Below, in pieces: positions 10,700 to 24,175 of a stretch of 64,000 nt of DNA. Every line of letters begins with the position of its first letter. Within the stretch, counting starts at the first letter, position 1. The notes below the pieces were generated by a model that had not been told where the DNA came from, did not search any database, and saw only the letters and a program-made list of their open reading frames with translations. The position numbers and the translations under genes are program-made. Origin of the DNA: Podarcis tiliguerta (Eukaryota); the NCBI GenBank assembly GCA_965153285.1, contig OZ229121.1; one strand, 5' to 3'.

Positions 10700-11290
10700 C
10701 CCCTCCTGCGTTCTTTGCCCCGCAATGTATTCATCATTAGGACTTTCATCCGCCACCCCCGCCCCCACTCTTGTCCGGCTTCCGAGGGTGGAGAAGAGAC
10801 TGGCGGCAACCTGACAAAAAATGGTGACGATCCTTCCACGGGGGAAAAGTCAATGGAGCCCCCTCTGCCGAGCTGGAGAAAGTGCCTTCCTCCTCTCTAC
10901 AGCGCACAAGGCAAGCGCAGGCTTGAGACACACAGAGGCATCTGGACAATCACAGCCGATCTCTGGCTTCCTCCCTGCCTTTGAGCCAAATATTCCAAGT
11001 TGCACAGGAGGAGATGAGAGGGGAATCTCTCTCTCTTGCTCTTCCGGACTCGCTTTCCCTGGCTACCTATAGTGGGGGTGTAAATTTAGAAGCCACTTAA
11101 ACTGAACCTGAAATACTTTCACTCTGGATTTTTGTTCTTATTTTTAATAGAGCTCCTCAAGTGACGTTGCAAGGCCGGTATCCTAGACACGTGCCTTTGG
11201 CCAATGACAGAAGAGCCTTTTGCACACGTGATACAGTAGCACTCTAGTAAATGACAGGAACAGCCCCCCTCCTCCCGTTTCCCAATGCCC
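10700..11290 (-). promoter_or_regulatory. EN2 proximal promoter region (TSS not determinable)
   Basis: GC box (cccccgcccc, ~10756-10766), TGACGT at 11162, two CACGTG E-boxes (11188, 11225), overlapping CCAAT/TGACAG (11201-11210) and a second TGACAG (11252), all directly upstream of exon 1. Confidence 0.55.
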
Positions 11291-11859
11291 CCACCTCCTG
11301 ATTTTAAAGCTGCAGCGTCCTCTGCTTCTCAAGAGCCTTTTTTTAATATATATAAAAAAGAAGGAATGCAGGAATACCTTCGTCTTCTAAACAAGGGATA
11401 GATTCATCACCCCTTGTCTTGCTAATCTGTTTCCTTTTATATCTTCGCCTGAAGAAGGGCTCCAGTACACACTGGGGGGTGGGGGGGTTCCTATATTGTT
11501 TACAATTGGAGTTGGGAGGGGGAAGGAGAAGAAGACAGAATGAGAGGGGGCGAAATCCCACAATTCCTTGCAAAATGCATAAATAATATTAAATGAACCA
11601 GAGCGATACAAAGGGACTTTTTGTGTTACCGATTTATTTTTTGGGGGGTGGGAGCGAGAGGAAGAATCAGAGGCAGTTAATTTTAAAGCAGACTCTCTCT
11701 TTCGCCGTCTTTTTGTCTTACTATTTCTCTGCGCGCGCGCGCACACGCACACCAACCAGTCCCAGCCCCCTCTTTTGTAATCCCGGAGCCTCGCCTGCAG
11801 GAAAAGACGGGCAAATATCGGGGGTTCCTGTTGGGGGGGGGGGCTTTTTTAAATGCCAG

Positions 11860-12080
11860 ACTGCACTGGGGCTGCTATTATTGGTAACTGCAGTGCTATA
11901 AACATAAGACGGTATGATAATTGATTCATTCAGCTGAAAACTGGACAGGAGCCTTTGATCATTTATTCCAGCTTCAAAAACAATATTAAACAGAGAGGTT
12001 TCCCATTGACAGGCAGGAGGACGTGAGAGTCCCCCTTCCCCCAAGCAGCTCTAATCAAAATAATCAAGCGATAGGGGTAT
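11860..12080. promoter_or_regulatory. Candidate proximal enhancer (TCF/LEF, PBX-HOX-like and MEIS motifs)
   Basis: CCTTTGATC at 11952-11960, TGATTCAT at 11922-11929, TGACAG at 12007-12012 and several TAAT cores in non-repetitive sequence ~1.5 kb upstream of the ATG. Confidence 0.45.
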
Positions 12081-12090
12081 TCACACACGA

Positions 12091-12110
12091 ACACACACAC
12101 ACACACACAC
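12091..12110. repeat. (AC)10 microsatellite
   Basis: Directly visible. Confidence 0.9.
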
Positions 12111-14283
12111 GGAATAGATACAGCCCTCCCATTTTTAATCTTGTTTAAAAAATCTAAATATTAAGAACTCCAAATGTTGCATTAAGGTCTGTCTGGAGTC
12201 TGCAAGGAGTGCTCCTCACCGGAGTTGCAAAGAAGGCCCCCTCCACGGGGCCAGCCCCTTTCCTTAAGCGTCTCCTCCTTCGGCCTGCGAAGGATTTTTT
12301 CCTCCCCAAACCTCCCGCTAAACACTCTGCCTGCAGACAGAACCAAAATAACCATCTCTTCCATGCCATCCGCGGGATCTTTGCTTGGCTGCTCTTGAAT
12401 TTGTGAAAGTCACCCAAAGGTCACTGAAACGCTGGAGGGTGAGTGCAGCTTTAAACACACACCATAAACCAGCCGAGGAGGAGAAAGCGATGGTGATGGT
12501 GATGATGGTGATGAGAACAACAACCTTAAGAAAGCAAAAGAAAAGCTTTTGTCAACAAACTCTGACGATGGGGGAGGGGCCGGAGAGTGACGGCACATGA
12601 TCCAGTCAGCGCCAAAGACAAAAATGAAGCCAAAACATCCACGGCGGCGTCCAGGCAGCTGCTCCTGCCCCTTTTTTAAGATTTCCAAGGCAGACGTTGC
12701 CCACCCTGAGGCGGGCCACTCAGCGCTTTTCGCCTTCTCTCCCGGAGGCCCGTTGCAAGTGCGGGGAACCCAAGAGGTTGGGTGGAAAGAAGGGAAAGCA
12801 GGGTTAGGCAAAGCCGGGACAGAAAACCTGGGAAGGAGAGCAAGACGCGGGGATCGGGAGGCCAGCGGCCCCGAGGGCAAGGAGCTGGCGGCGGCGGGGT
12901 AGGTGGGTGGAAGGCTGGGTCCCTAACTCCCCTCTCGCTGAGTCTCCACCGGTCTCGCCCTGGTGGTAGGCTTCGGACTTCTTTTTTCTTTGGGGGCGTC
13001 CTGTGGTGGTGATTAATCCTGGAATTGCTTCAGATTAAAAGGGAGCAAAAATTGGGGGTAGCAAATCAAGCAGACCTTTCGGAAGTCTCAGCTGAAGACA
13101 AGAAGATAAAAATCCTCACAAACATATACTAACGTACTACATCGCTCTCATCGAGTATTTATCCGTGCTGTTTAGTGTTGTCTGCGGGTCTGTTTGCTTG
13201 CTTTTTTAAAAAAAAAAAATATTTTAGCATTGGTAATGCTGGACTATTTTTAGCGCTCGACAGCTGGACTCAACTGGAGAATGCAAAATACTTGAGGGGG
13301 GGTTAAGACACAAGTCATTTCAGCAAACTGCGTTGCTCAATGCAGTATTGTGAATTTTAAAATAAATAGGTTACTTCAATTGGGCGAGCACGTCAAGTCC
13401 CCACACGCTGGTAATTGGAAGTGAGCCCCGTTTAAATAAACAATGGTAGCCTCCAAATTTCTGAACATTTTGGAGTTAGCGGAAAGTAATCTGGAAGATT
13501 TTATCTTTCTGTAACTCAGAGCCTCATTTCTACGACTTTGTTTAACTGTTGCTTTTGCGTGATCCAAAATGTGACACTGATTTCTGTTTGGATTTTTGCT
13601 CCCACCACAATTTTTTAAATCCTGTATAATTTACAGTATCTGGGCACACAAAGAGATCAAGTATCCCTGATCTAAAGGGTTTGTGCTCTAACAAGCACCT
13701 TGAGGTTAATTTCTTTAAGAGCCCCATGGAAAGCGATTAGGCTGTCTCCCAAGAAGTATTTTCTAATTACTGGGAAGACCTGGCTTTCCTCGTACCCCAT
13801 AATTAAACGTGTCCAAGGTGTTGCACTTCAAATATTTCCCTTCAGGGCGGACCCCAAGTTATTGACTTGAGCTTAAAATATCTTGAAGTAAACATTAGCT
13901 GCCCAACGTATCAAGTAACACTTCTTGTCACTTAGCGCTGACCACACTTTAACATTTCTATTTGCTAAAATTACCTCGAGGTACTAAATACTCGACTACA
14001 GGCGAAGAATTCCTTCGGTAAAGTCCAAGGCAGATGATTAACAAAGGCTGTACACAAAACAATTATTGCAATGGACTCTTCGTTTGGCTTAAATCCCAGT
14101 TTTATTCCCCTCCCCCGCAAAAAGACAGCAACGATAGGGAATTCTGGGAGAAAGAATGGGGTGGTAGTGGGGAGTCTTGGAAAAATTAGTCGAGCCTATT
14201 TTCCAAAATACCTAAACATTATATCTATTTTATTCTTAAAGGCTCTCTGCAACAAGTTTTGTTTCAGAATGAAGTAATGTAAT

Positions 14284-14316
14284 TAATATAATATAATATA
14301 ATATAATATAATATAA
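14284..14316. repeat. (TAATA)n microsatellite
   Basis: About 6 tandem pentamers. Confidence 0.9.
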
Positions 14317-16050
14317 ATGTGTTGAAGATGTTTATAATTGTAAATTGTCATAAGAAGAGACCAGGAAATTTGTTTTGAGAAGTTGGAGCTGTTCCAGTTT
14401 CTACTATCGAAAGAGAAGATAAGGTGATTGTGACGTAAATCTGCATGTGGAAATTTTTAATACGTGTATTTCCTCCCCAGTAAATACGTTGATGTCAGTT
14501 TGTGTTGAGCACACCATCACCTTTTTAGACTAACCCACAACCCAATTAAACCAGAATATCTGGATTTAAAACCATTTACCCTTCTACTCTAACCGTATTT
14601 CTCGGAAATCCACTTCAATGGAGTCAATAGGATTGGGGTCCTTCCGGTCAATATGTTTCGAATTGGAGCCTAATCCAAATACAGGCAATCAACTGGCGTC
14701 GAGGGCTGCAGCCTTTACCAACGCACTTTCTTTTACTAGGGAACTTATATGAGCCACACCCAACATATCAATCAGGAACTAGTTGGGCCGGGACAGTTTG
14801 TTTTTACTTTCGCTAGCACACATTCCGTGCAGAGAAAGTCGTTCTTAGCTTGACTGTTGAGGCTTCACTGGCCCTGCAGTTGCCTCATAGTGGGCGTATC
14901 AGTAGCGGCCTGCCAGGCGTTGCTTACCTGGCTTCCCAACTCTGCCTCAGGTCGCTGCCGGTCACCAAGAAAGAAAGGGGACCCTGCTGCCTTGCCCCTC
15001 CCCCTCTCGGTAACCGGCAGGGACCTGCGGAAGAGTTGAGAAGCCAGGTGAACAACACCTCCCTCCCTGCCAGGACTGTCCCACCGGTGGAAGAAGGAAG
15101 AGGAGACCCACGGGTATCGCAGGCTGTCCTGTAGTTCTGTGGGAAACGCTGGACTGTCATCCTACAGGCGGGCTAAAGCGAGACGATTGGTATCGTGACT
15201 CCGCTAACCTTGTCTCTAACAGCTTGTACTGGCTGATGTGGTGAAAGTTACAAGTAATGAAAGCAATCAGACAGATCAGACTTTCTCTGGGCTCGTCTGT
15301 GGCAACGTCAGAGGAGATGCCCTGATCCTTCTGAAAGCTAATTCATAGAAGGGTTTTTTGGGAGTGGGGTTGAGGAGAGAATAAAGGCAAGGCTTAGCAG
15401 AATCTGCAGAGATCTGCTTTGTAGCCTGGGACCTTTAGGGTCCAACATTCAGAAGGGGAAAACGAGAACCTGGTCAAAACAAGAATCAATCATATATTGT
15501 TTTAAATAAATAAAAAACACAAACACGCCCTTGCAACCCCATTTCTGTAACAAAACGCGAAAATATGGCCAATATTGTAGTTGGTGTACACCAAATCTCG
15601 CAGTGTTTTATCAGATTTCCATCTCACAAAACGCCTGGAATACCCCGAACACCTTCACAGAAAAACCCACATTTTAAGGTAGTTGGTGAAAGGTCAGATC
15701 GAGCGCTAAGTATGTTGGGTTTGGGAAACATCCACATCCAGTACACAGGCACAGCCACCCCGCAAGCCATGGAGTTACCTTCAAGCCGGTTTTGCAAACA
15801 GTTTGGAATCAACACTCCAAGCAGAATAGAGTGAAAGTGGGGGGGGGGGGGATCGTATGTATTTTGTATGTTAGAAAAAAAGTAATATATATCGCTTTGG
15901 CTGTGGTATCGAAATCAACAATAAATCAACTCTATACCAAAGACAAAGAGGGGAGAAATTCAGAGAGTGAATGTAGCGTCAAGAAGTCGAACAGCAAGAC
16001 GAAAAACAGCAAAATCGTTTTCTTAAGGGTCATTGTTATTACCCTATTGC

Positions 16051-16184
16051 NNNNNNNNNNNNNNNNNNNNNNNNNNNNNNNNNNNNNNNNNNNNNNNNNN
16101 NNNNNNNNNNNNNNNNNNNNNNNNNNNNNNNNNNNNNNNNNNNNNNNNNNNNNNNNNNNNNNNNNNNNNNNNNNNNNNNNNNNN
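16051..16184. other. Assembly gap (134 N)
   Basis: Run of n characters. Confidence 1.
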
Positions 16185-16251
16185 CCTAGGAGTAATCCTC
16201 ATTGAATTCAATAAGAGTTACTTCTGAGTAGGCATGTGTAGTGCAGCAGCC
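16185..16251. repeat. ~85-bp palindromic mini-element copy, truncated by the gap
   Basis: CCTAGGAGTAATCCTCATTGAATTCAATAAGAGTTACTTCTGAGTAGGCATG. Confidence 0.7.
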
Positions 16252-18594
16252 CGGTCCACAAATAAATTAGGACCCTTTACTTGACAACTGCATCCTAAAT
16301 AGTACCTTCGTCTGAAAACTTCATAAAAATACCAGTGGTCCTTATTTGTAAATCAGGTGTTTAAGACCATCCATGCCTTCATTTTTCAGATTTGTAACTC
16401 GCCTTTCTCTACGGTCATATACTCAAAGCGGCTTACAAGTATAGAACACAGCAATAACATTGGGAACTAGAATGCAAGAAAACAGTAAACAAAAACAAAA
16501 GAAACAAATGCACCTTGATCTTAAACGCATTACCTGGGATTCATTTCCACTGGTTGGAAATATAAGACAGCACAACAAGTGCCATGGGATACAATATAAC
16601 TTAGGGTAAAACACCATCCTCATTCAGGTAAATCGGAAGTGTCTTAGCAAGACAATGCAGTATTTCAAAAAGTGATCCCCCTTAGGAGAAGTCTGACCAG
16701 GTGTTCCTTTCGCAAATAACTTTTAATTGAGAAGTAATCCCCAGCTACTAGGGGGTCAGGGTACTTCTCTACGTGTGCTAAACACGCATGATATTGCTTC
16801 TTCTCTCAGTCCATCCTTCCAAGTCTGATCATACACATCCAGCCGGTTCTAGGTGTATAAGATTGAATTGGCCCATAAAGGTACACAGGGATTATTTTTA
16901 TATGTCCTTAGTCGGCTGCGCTCACTTTTACAGTATTTTAGGATTCTCTTCGGAATAGGAGAAGGGGCTCTTGGACTTCCGATGTGCGCGCTTGTGTGTA
17001 CGTGTGTATGTACAGTGTGTGCGTGTGTAGCCAAAGGCTATTAACAGCAAATACCTTATTAACACAGATAATGTACAAAATGCGTTTTGGGGGTGACAAA
17101 GCATATTTACGATTTCCTGCTGACCCAAGGCATACAGGGGATATGAAGGATAGAGACTTCTAGGGACACTAGATTCTGCTCCGCATGAGAAAGAGAAATG
17201 TGGTCATTCCAAACCGTGGCGGTGGGGAGAGAGAAATGGGAAACATATTTCAATACAGATAAAGTCTTAAATCAGCTTCAGGCTGCGGCATAAAACAAGG
17301 AAGAAAACTATCTTTGCTCAAAAATACGTTATTCCTTGCTATTTCTATCAATAGCTTCTGATACGTTGTTCTATGTAACCTTGTCTCTCACACAAATTAA
17401 TCTCTCCGTCCATCAAATTTTCTATCTGGCTATCTAGCTTTCTAGCTATCCAGCTAAATATCTAGCTATCTATCCTCTTCCTGAAGTTCTTATCAACTTC
17501 TCAGACTTTCGGTCCATATACATACCTCTCCAGCAAAAATTAATTCCTTATAAAATGAGAACTATCTGAGATTATTTGCTTATCTTAAAGTATATATTGT
17601 GTGACGTAATTGTTCAAGGGTAACATATGTAATTGCACATTCATCTTCAAAGGGCACATGCCTCTGTGGAACAAGGTAGCTATATTAGAAATAATTTCAT
17701 AGTGATACTTCTTGGAGAAGTGAGAGGTAAACTTTGTGCACTGGATATAATCAGACTTTACATTAGCAGTCGATACAGAATTCAAATATGGGGCAACTCT
17801 GTTCCCCCGCAATACTATTAAGTTTCGCCTGAACATAAACACTGCTAGAACGGTGCCTGGTCAGTTAAACACTGTAACACATTACCTTTAATACCAGAAA
17901 GAAAAACCATTGCTTTCGAGTGAAATATGAAAGAAAGAAACACTATTATGTTTCTTTTAACTTAACTAAATAATATTGTTCCAATCGTGATAATAATTTC
18001 GTCTGTCTTTTAAAGTATATTTACAGCAGAAGACTGGTTTAAGTCTTGGAGACTTGCATTTCTTATTTCTTTTGTTACTTTTCTAGTCGAAGACCTAAAA
18101 GAGCGAGAGAAATCTTAAAATATGCGCAAAACTTGCTTCTTTCGCACAAGCTCTTTACTCTATATCCTCCCAGCGCCCTGCTCGTCATTTTTAAGGGTCT
18201 TGCATAAAGTTTCGTGTGTTTTTCCTAGGGTTTAGAAGAACTAATCCTTATAGACACAACAGTTTCTGTTGTGACGGTAGAGTCGAGCAATTCTATACCA
18301 GTTGGAGTATTAACAGAGTCTTGGAAAAGGAAAAGGAATCTCGCCCTGGACTTCCCACAAACGTAGCTAATTTCCTTAAACTCCTTTGGATTTACACCTC
18401 GGTAGTTACTGGGAGACAGAAGCAGTCCTTGCTCTCATTAACGGCCTGATTTCTGTTCCAACTGCCACACCAGATAATCGACTTTTATGGTCTTCCAAAC
18501 ATTACTTTCCAGCTGTTTAAGACCGTGGGGGCGGGGGGTGGGATTCTAGCCAGGGTTTGTGCACTTGCAACTCGATTTACAGTAGAAGTTTAAC

Positions 18595-18716
18595 CCTGTC
18601 TACTCAGAAGTAAGCCCTAGTGACTTGAACGGGGCTCGCTCACTCCTAGGCTGCAAACCTCTTATGTGGGAATAAATCCAATTTAATTCAATGGGTGCGA
18701 CTTCTTAGTAGACACA
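18595..18716. repeat. Two adjacent palindromic mini-element copies
   Basis: TCTACTCAGAAGTAAGCCCTAGTGACTTGAACGGGGCT followed by GGCTGCAAACCT...TTCAATGGGTGCGACTTCTTAGTAGAC. Confidence 0.6.
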
Positions 18717-21700
18717 CTGCACAGTAACACGATCTGTCCTTTCATTCGCAGATTTTTCTAGTTTCCATCTCATAAGATATGCATAACATATAGAAAGAAT
18801 ATTTTGGGCATGTTTTGGAATGGAAAATTCGAATTCGCCCCTCGGTTTCATTAGATCCGCCGCAATTCTAACAGCTCAGATGAGAACTAGATTCTGGCAG
18901 CTTTTTAGAGATGTCAATGCAGCCACAACTCGTATAAAAATTCGAAGTGATTTTCCACACGTTAAATTATTATTATTATTTTAAGTAAAACCCAAACAGA
19001 TTATATTTGACGTACTACAGAGAACGCAGACTACGGTCCATTAGTGTCACGGAACCCGAGAGGCGGACCTCTCCCTGCCTCGCAAGGTGCTGGGTAGCAC
19101 TCACCTCAGGGAATGGGTCTAATCTCTCTGTAGGGAAACATTGCCCCTTACTTCGCTTTGCTGGGGTGGCGGCCCAGGTGGTCTTGTTTCTGAAGAAGTT
19201 ACTCGACCCTGCCAGGCTTCGATAAGAACCTGCCACTGAAGAACCCAGCTGGATTTCCAAATCCATCCAACTTGCGATCCTAAGGGCAGAAGCAAAATCC
19301 CATGAAACGACTTTAGGATAGGGCGCTATTGCTTGTTACACGAACCCCACAATCCCTTTAACTCCCCGACTTCGCTTGAAAAAACGCACATTTAGGGCAG
19401 AGCAGGGTTCAAGAGAACCTGGGTTTAAGCCCTTAGAGCTCTATTGCAGTCAGGGATACTAACACACCCCAATGCTAATTTCGGAAATTAACCCTATTCA
19501 ACACAAGGGGGCTTGCTTCCAAAGAAACATGCTTAGGATTGGAGTGCTTGTGGTTAATATCCAAGCGCTATACGTAGTTTCAAAGGATAGTGTAGGGGGC
19601 TGCAAGCTTTCAAACAGATACAAACTTTCCCCAATATATTTTTTTGTGGGGGATATTTGACGGCGAGGGAAGATAGCAAAACTAACAACAAAAAACCCAA
19701 TAGCGCTAAATCCTCACGCCTGGAAATGACAACATCCTTGCTTGGTGTTTCCATTCCTGCATCCTTTTCAGCACCAATGAACCGCGCAGCCGGATCCTAT
19801 GCAAGTCTGCAGCGATAAAATTAGCCTTGAGTTTGGTGCGACTAACTTCCAGGCAGGGTATATTAAAGGATTGCAGCCAACGGTAGTTTTACAAAGGGAA
19901 CCATGCTTGCCTATCATTTAAACCTGCAATCCTAAACATATCCCCACAGGCCCACTGGTTGCCCTGAGGTTTGCTTCAGCTAAGTTTGTTGTCCATCAGT
20001 CTGTCGTAAAACATTTTCCTTTACTCTGATGCCCGGGAGCATTTATTTACTTCCATGGAATTTGTTTAGGATGGGAAAGTCTCAATTCAATCCTCAATAA
20101 CCGGTCTTTCCCTGGAGTATTATTCTCCTCCCCATGCTTAGTCGTTAGACCCCCCCCCCACACCACCCAAAAATCTGGAATTCATATAGAATACTTTGGT
20201 ACAGAAGGTGTGTTAAGAATTATCAGAGTGCTCCTCAAAAACTCACAATTCTATCTCTTATCCAATATGCCCATCCCACACATTACAGACAATCGTCTCA
20301 AATTTGGGCAGGTTTCGTTTCCATTTATTATCATATGACCTGAGCAGACGCTTGGAAAACCCCCAAGATGTTTCATTCAACACAAATGATTTTTTTGCTT
20401 CCCAGTCTTTGTATAGGATCGAGTTGTATAGGATCGCATGGAGTTTTGATCCCGCAATATTCTTGTTAATTTTTGCTGTCCATATGTAGAAAATGCAGCC
20501 GGTTAAAGTGAATGAATGTCGTTCCAAAACTTAAATAATTGTTAATATATTTAAATTAACAATATTCACATATATTATTCTTTTGCGTTGGCTACAGCGA
20601 ATGAATGAATTAAATATCTGAAGTAAGTATTCTTAGGACCTGAGTGTTAATCATGGAAAACACTAAACTATTTTCCAAAGCAAGAAAAAAGTCGGTAACT
20701 TAAAAACAAGGAAGCAAACAAAGACGGTCTAGAGCTGCGATCCACAATGTATTTAAGCCATAATCTTCCAGTTTAATCAAGGGGAGACTGATATAAATGA
20801 GATGCGGGTCGGGTTGATGGATTTTCCTCCAAAGAAAATAAGATACTTCATTGCTTTTTATATAATTGTCAACATAAGATCGATAAAAACACTATAAGTA
20901 GGTAAAGTTTGGGTACAGATAACCCCGCTTTTTTATAGCAGTATTTTAAGAGATTTTTGAAGCGAACGGCTTTTCTAAGCCGATCCATAACTCGGCGAAA
21001 TTACAACACCAGTATTGGAGTTATTTCACACCGTATTGATTTTGTCTTAATTGGGCTGTGGTTCGTGTTGTGTATTTTGAACCCGGCCTAAATGCAACAC
21101 GTTTGCTTTCCTGTTTCTTATATCTTTTGGTTTTGCCTGTCCGCCTGACTCAACTTCAGCGGATCCGCTGCTTTGCGAGCTGGAAGCCGCAGTAGCTCGG
21201 CGTGGATGGGCGCGTTGAGCCAGTCCACGTGCAAACAGCTTTCATTGATAGAAGCAGCTCGCGGGAAGGCGAAGGGGAGGAGAGGCTCTTCGGGCAGCAT
21301 CGCTATTTCTCTCCCGAAGAAGGACAGCCATTGGCGGGGGAAGTTTTGCAGAGGAGGGCTTGGCATTTGCCTATATGTAGAGGCATCTAATGCAATATTC
21401 ATGGCGCAGCGTCACAGGCGATTCTGCCGGGTTCAGGGCTACCTTCGAGGCAGCCCCCCCCCCCTCCCACGCTATAGGAGGACTATCCTCTTCCTTCCAA
21501 CACTTTTTTGTGAATGAACCACAGCACCCCCTCCTCCTTTTTTTTGCCAGCTCACAGATCAGAGAAAGCAGTGAGATCACTGCCTGGATCTGGTCCGGTG
21601 CTTCGCCGCAATCTCTTCTCGCTTTCAAAGCAGGGTTCATTCAAGACCTGCCAGTTCCGCTCGCCTGGGATAGACGTGGGGAGGGGGCGACTTCAAAGCC

Positions 21701-22096
21701 AGGTTGCAATGAAAAGGTTGCACCCCCCCCCCTTCAGAGGGGGCGCATCTTGTGTACGTTTTCACATTAATCGGGGGGCGGGGGCGGATTGGCGACTTGG
21801 CATAAACTGCTGGCTACTCCATAGCCAAAAGACATTGCTACAAGCCACCACTTTTTGCGCTGACATATGATAAGCCTGCCCTCCCCCCCCCCAATTCAGC
21901 TTCCCCCACAGGCCATTCCTAGAGTGGGTGGAGCTCTCGGCTACTGCGTAAAGGGCGCGCCTGCACTCTTAGACTCCTCCCAAGAAGTATAACACCTCTT
22001 TCCCTCCCAAATCTTATTTTGTCGCGAGGAAAATCCGCAATATGGGGCGACTGCTGAAGTCAAGCAATTTTAATTTATTTATTTTTAATATACTTA

Positions 22097-22177
22097 GGCT
22101 GCAATCCTACACACATCACCTGGAAATAAGTCCCATTGAACCCATTGAGGATGATTTCTGAATAGGCAATGATGGGA
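22097..22177. repeat. ~85-bp palindromic mini-element copy
   Basis: TTA|GGCTGCAATCCTACACACATCACCTGGAAATAAGTCCCATTGAACCCATTGAGG. Confidence 0.7.
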
Positions 22178-22997
22178 AGTAAATTTCCCTGAAAGCAACG
22201 AGACATCCTTCCTCATCCTCTATATCCGGCGATGCCATATTTGCCGCCCTGTCCACAAAATAAATCTTATGGCTGCTGTCTGTAACCCTATATTTGTGAA
22301 TGATGTAGAGTAAGTAGCTTGCACCCGTAGCCTCTTCGCTGTGTGCATTTGCAGACCGCTAGCGGGCTTGCTTGCAACAATGACTTGGAGTTGGGTAGAT
22401 CAGCATTAGCTCTTCCGCCTTGTACTTTTTTTTTTTAACAGTGCAATCCTATTCATGCATCAACTCTTTTTAGAATTTCGGTTGCACAGTAGTAAGATCC
22501 TAAAACATGTTTTTCTCAAAAGTAAGTCCTACACTGGGACTTCATCCTGAAGAATAGGATAATGCTTAGTTTCATTGGTTGTATGTTTTTATGATTACCC
22601 TGCTTTGCTGTCCTTTTCAGCTAATTTTTGTAATGCTACTTCAATTGTTGAATGGCAGCGTATAAATCTTTAAAATACCCACCACACACTTGCATATACA
22701 TGCATATTATCTTCTGCCCACGCGGTCTTAGCAGCAGATAACATTTCCTACAGAGGGTATAATGTTGGCTGTATGCAGCAGCACAACCGGACGCCTTCAT
22801 CTGCCCCAGCTGCAACAAAACATGTCTCTCCCTTTAACGGGCTCTACAACCACAGCAGGCGCTGTAACTCTCCAACGGTTTGACTTCACCACCGAAGATG
22901 CACTCTTCCATTGTCTCCAGAGACAGACGATGCAAACAAGGTTACCAACTCACAAAGTTGTTTTGGGATACTTCGCTTTTGTTTTCACACATGTTCA

Positions 22998-23072
22998 GCA
23001 CAATACTATGCATCTCTATCCATTGGGTCCATTGAGACTTACTCCCAGTAAAGTGTGTATAGGATTTCAGCC
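22998..23072. repeat. ~85-bp palindromic mini-element copy
   Basis: GCACAATACTATGCATC...GAGACTTACTCCCAGTAAAGTGTGTATAGGATTTCAGCC|TTA. Confidence 0.7.
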
Positions 23073-24148
23073 TTAATCCCAATTCACCCTACTTTTCAAA
23101 CTCATCAAATAATTGGCCTGATCGGATACCCTATGGAACTTAGTACTTAGGTTCGTCCCATGTAACGGATGTAAAAGAAAAGCTGAGAAGGAGAGTCTAA
23201 ACTGACCAAAGGGGATAAACCACACGTTGATCGTGCAGGGATTTCAGCAAGCTGAGTAGCCAAATATCGACGCGGCCGGATGCCCAGGAAAGTTCTGAAG
23301 CCTCTCCGCAGCTCCTTATCTGCTAATGAGCCTGTGTAGGATAGCAGCCTGCAGGTATAGAAACACATTGTGTGCTACTTGGCTGGATTCGTTCTGGGCA
23401 TCTTGCAAGAGTCTCCGTGATGTGATCTCTCACATTCATTATGGCATATTACCTTCTATTGCACGTTTCTCAGCAGATAGTTCTCTGCGGTTATTCGCTT
23501 TTATTTTCATTTTTTTAAAAAAAAATCTTTGTCCTCGAGGTTCTTCAGGAAGTATTTATCTTGTCTGTCTGAGACGCAGCACTCCGTAGCTGTCAATGGA
23601 AAGCCTCAACCATCCGTGCCCCTCTCCCCGTTCTTCCCAGCCTAGCCCGGCCCACCTTTTTTTTTAATTAAACCTTTTCAAGTTCCCTTCTGTTAAGGAA
23701 AGTGTCTAAACAAACAAGCCTCCCTGAAACTAAACGCTAGAAGAAGAGAACCGCCGCGCACCCTCGATTGTTTTTTAAAAAATAGCGAGGGGGGAGGCAT
23801 TTCCCCATGTCGTGATTATAGTTCCAAAAGGAAATTGCTTTTATTTGTGAATGAGACTTTCAATAGGAAGGGACATGGAGGGGAAAAGCTCCTTAAGGGA
23901 AGGAGGTCACGGGGTTAGAGGGCGGATTAAAGGCCCCCACCTGTCTCGAAATCCCGGACAACCGTCCCAAAATCTGAAACAAGGAGGGATCAAAACCGGA
24001 CTTTTGGGACGTAGGGTGAAAAGGGAGTCACGGGAGATTTTTCAGCCTAAAACAAAAACATGAAGTCTGGGGACAAGCGGCTGAGAAACCGGGACGTGTC
24101 ATTCAGGTCCTGAACTCTTCCCAAGGAAATTCAGTGAGTGATCGATAA

Positions 24149-24175
24149 GTGTGTGTGTGTGTGTGTGTGTGTGTG
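24149..24175. repeat. (GT)13 microsatellite
   Basis: Directly visible. Confidence 0.9.

Noticed and set aside
10046-10768. Alternative-frame and antisense ORFs over exon 1 (poly-Ser, poly-Cys, poly-Ala)
   Set aside because: These are shadow frames of the GC-rich, trinucleotide-repeat-rich EN2 exon.
15792-16227. ORFs spanning the N run
   Set aside because: Artefacts of the assembly gap.
23930-24100. Block with repeated TCCCG/CGGGAC motifs
   Set aside because: Probably a decayed DNA-transposon remnant, but no clear termini or TSD were found.
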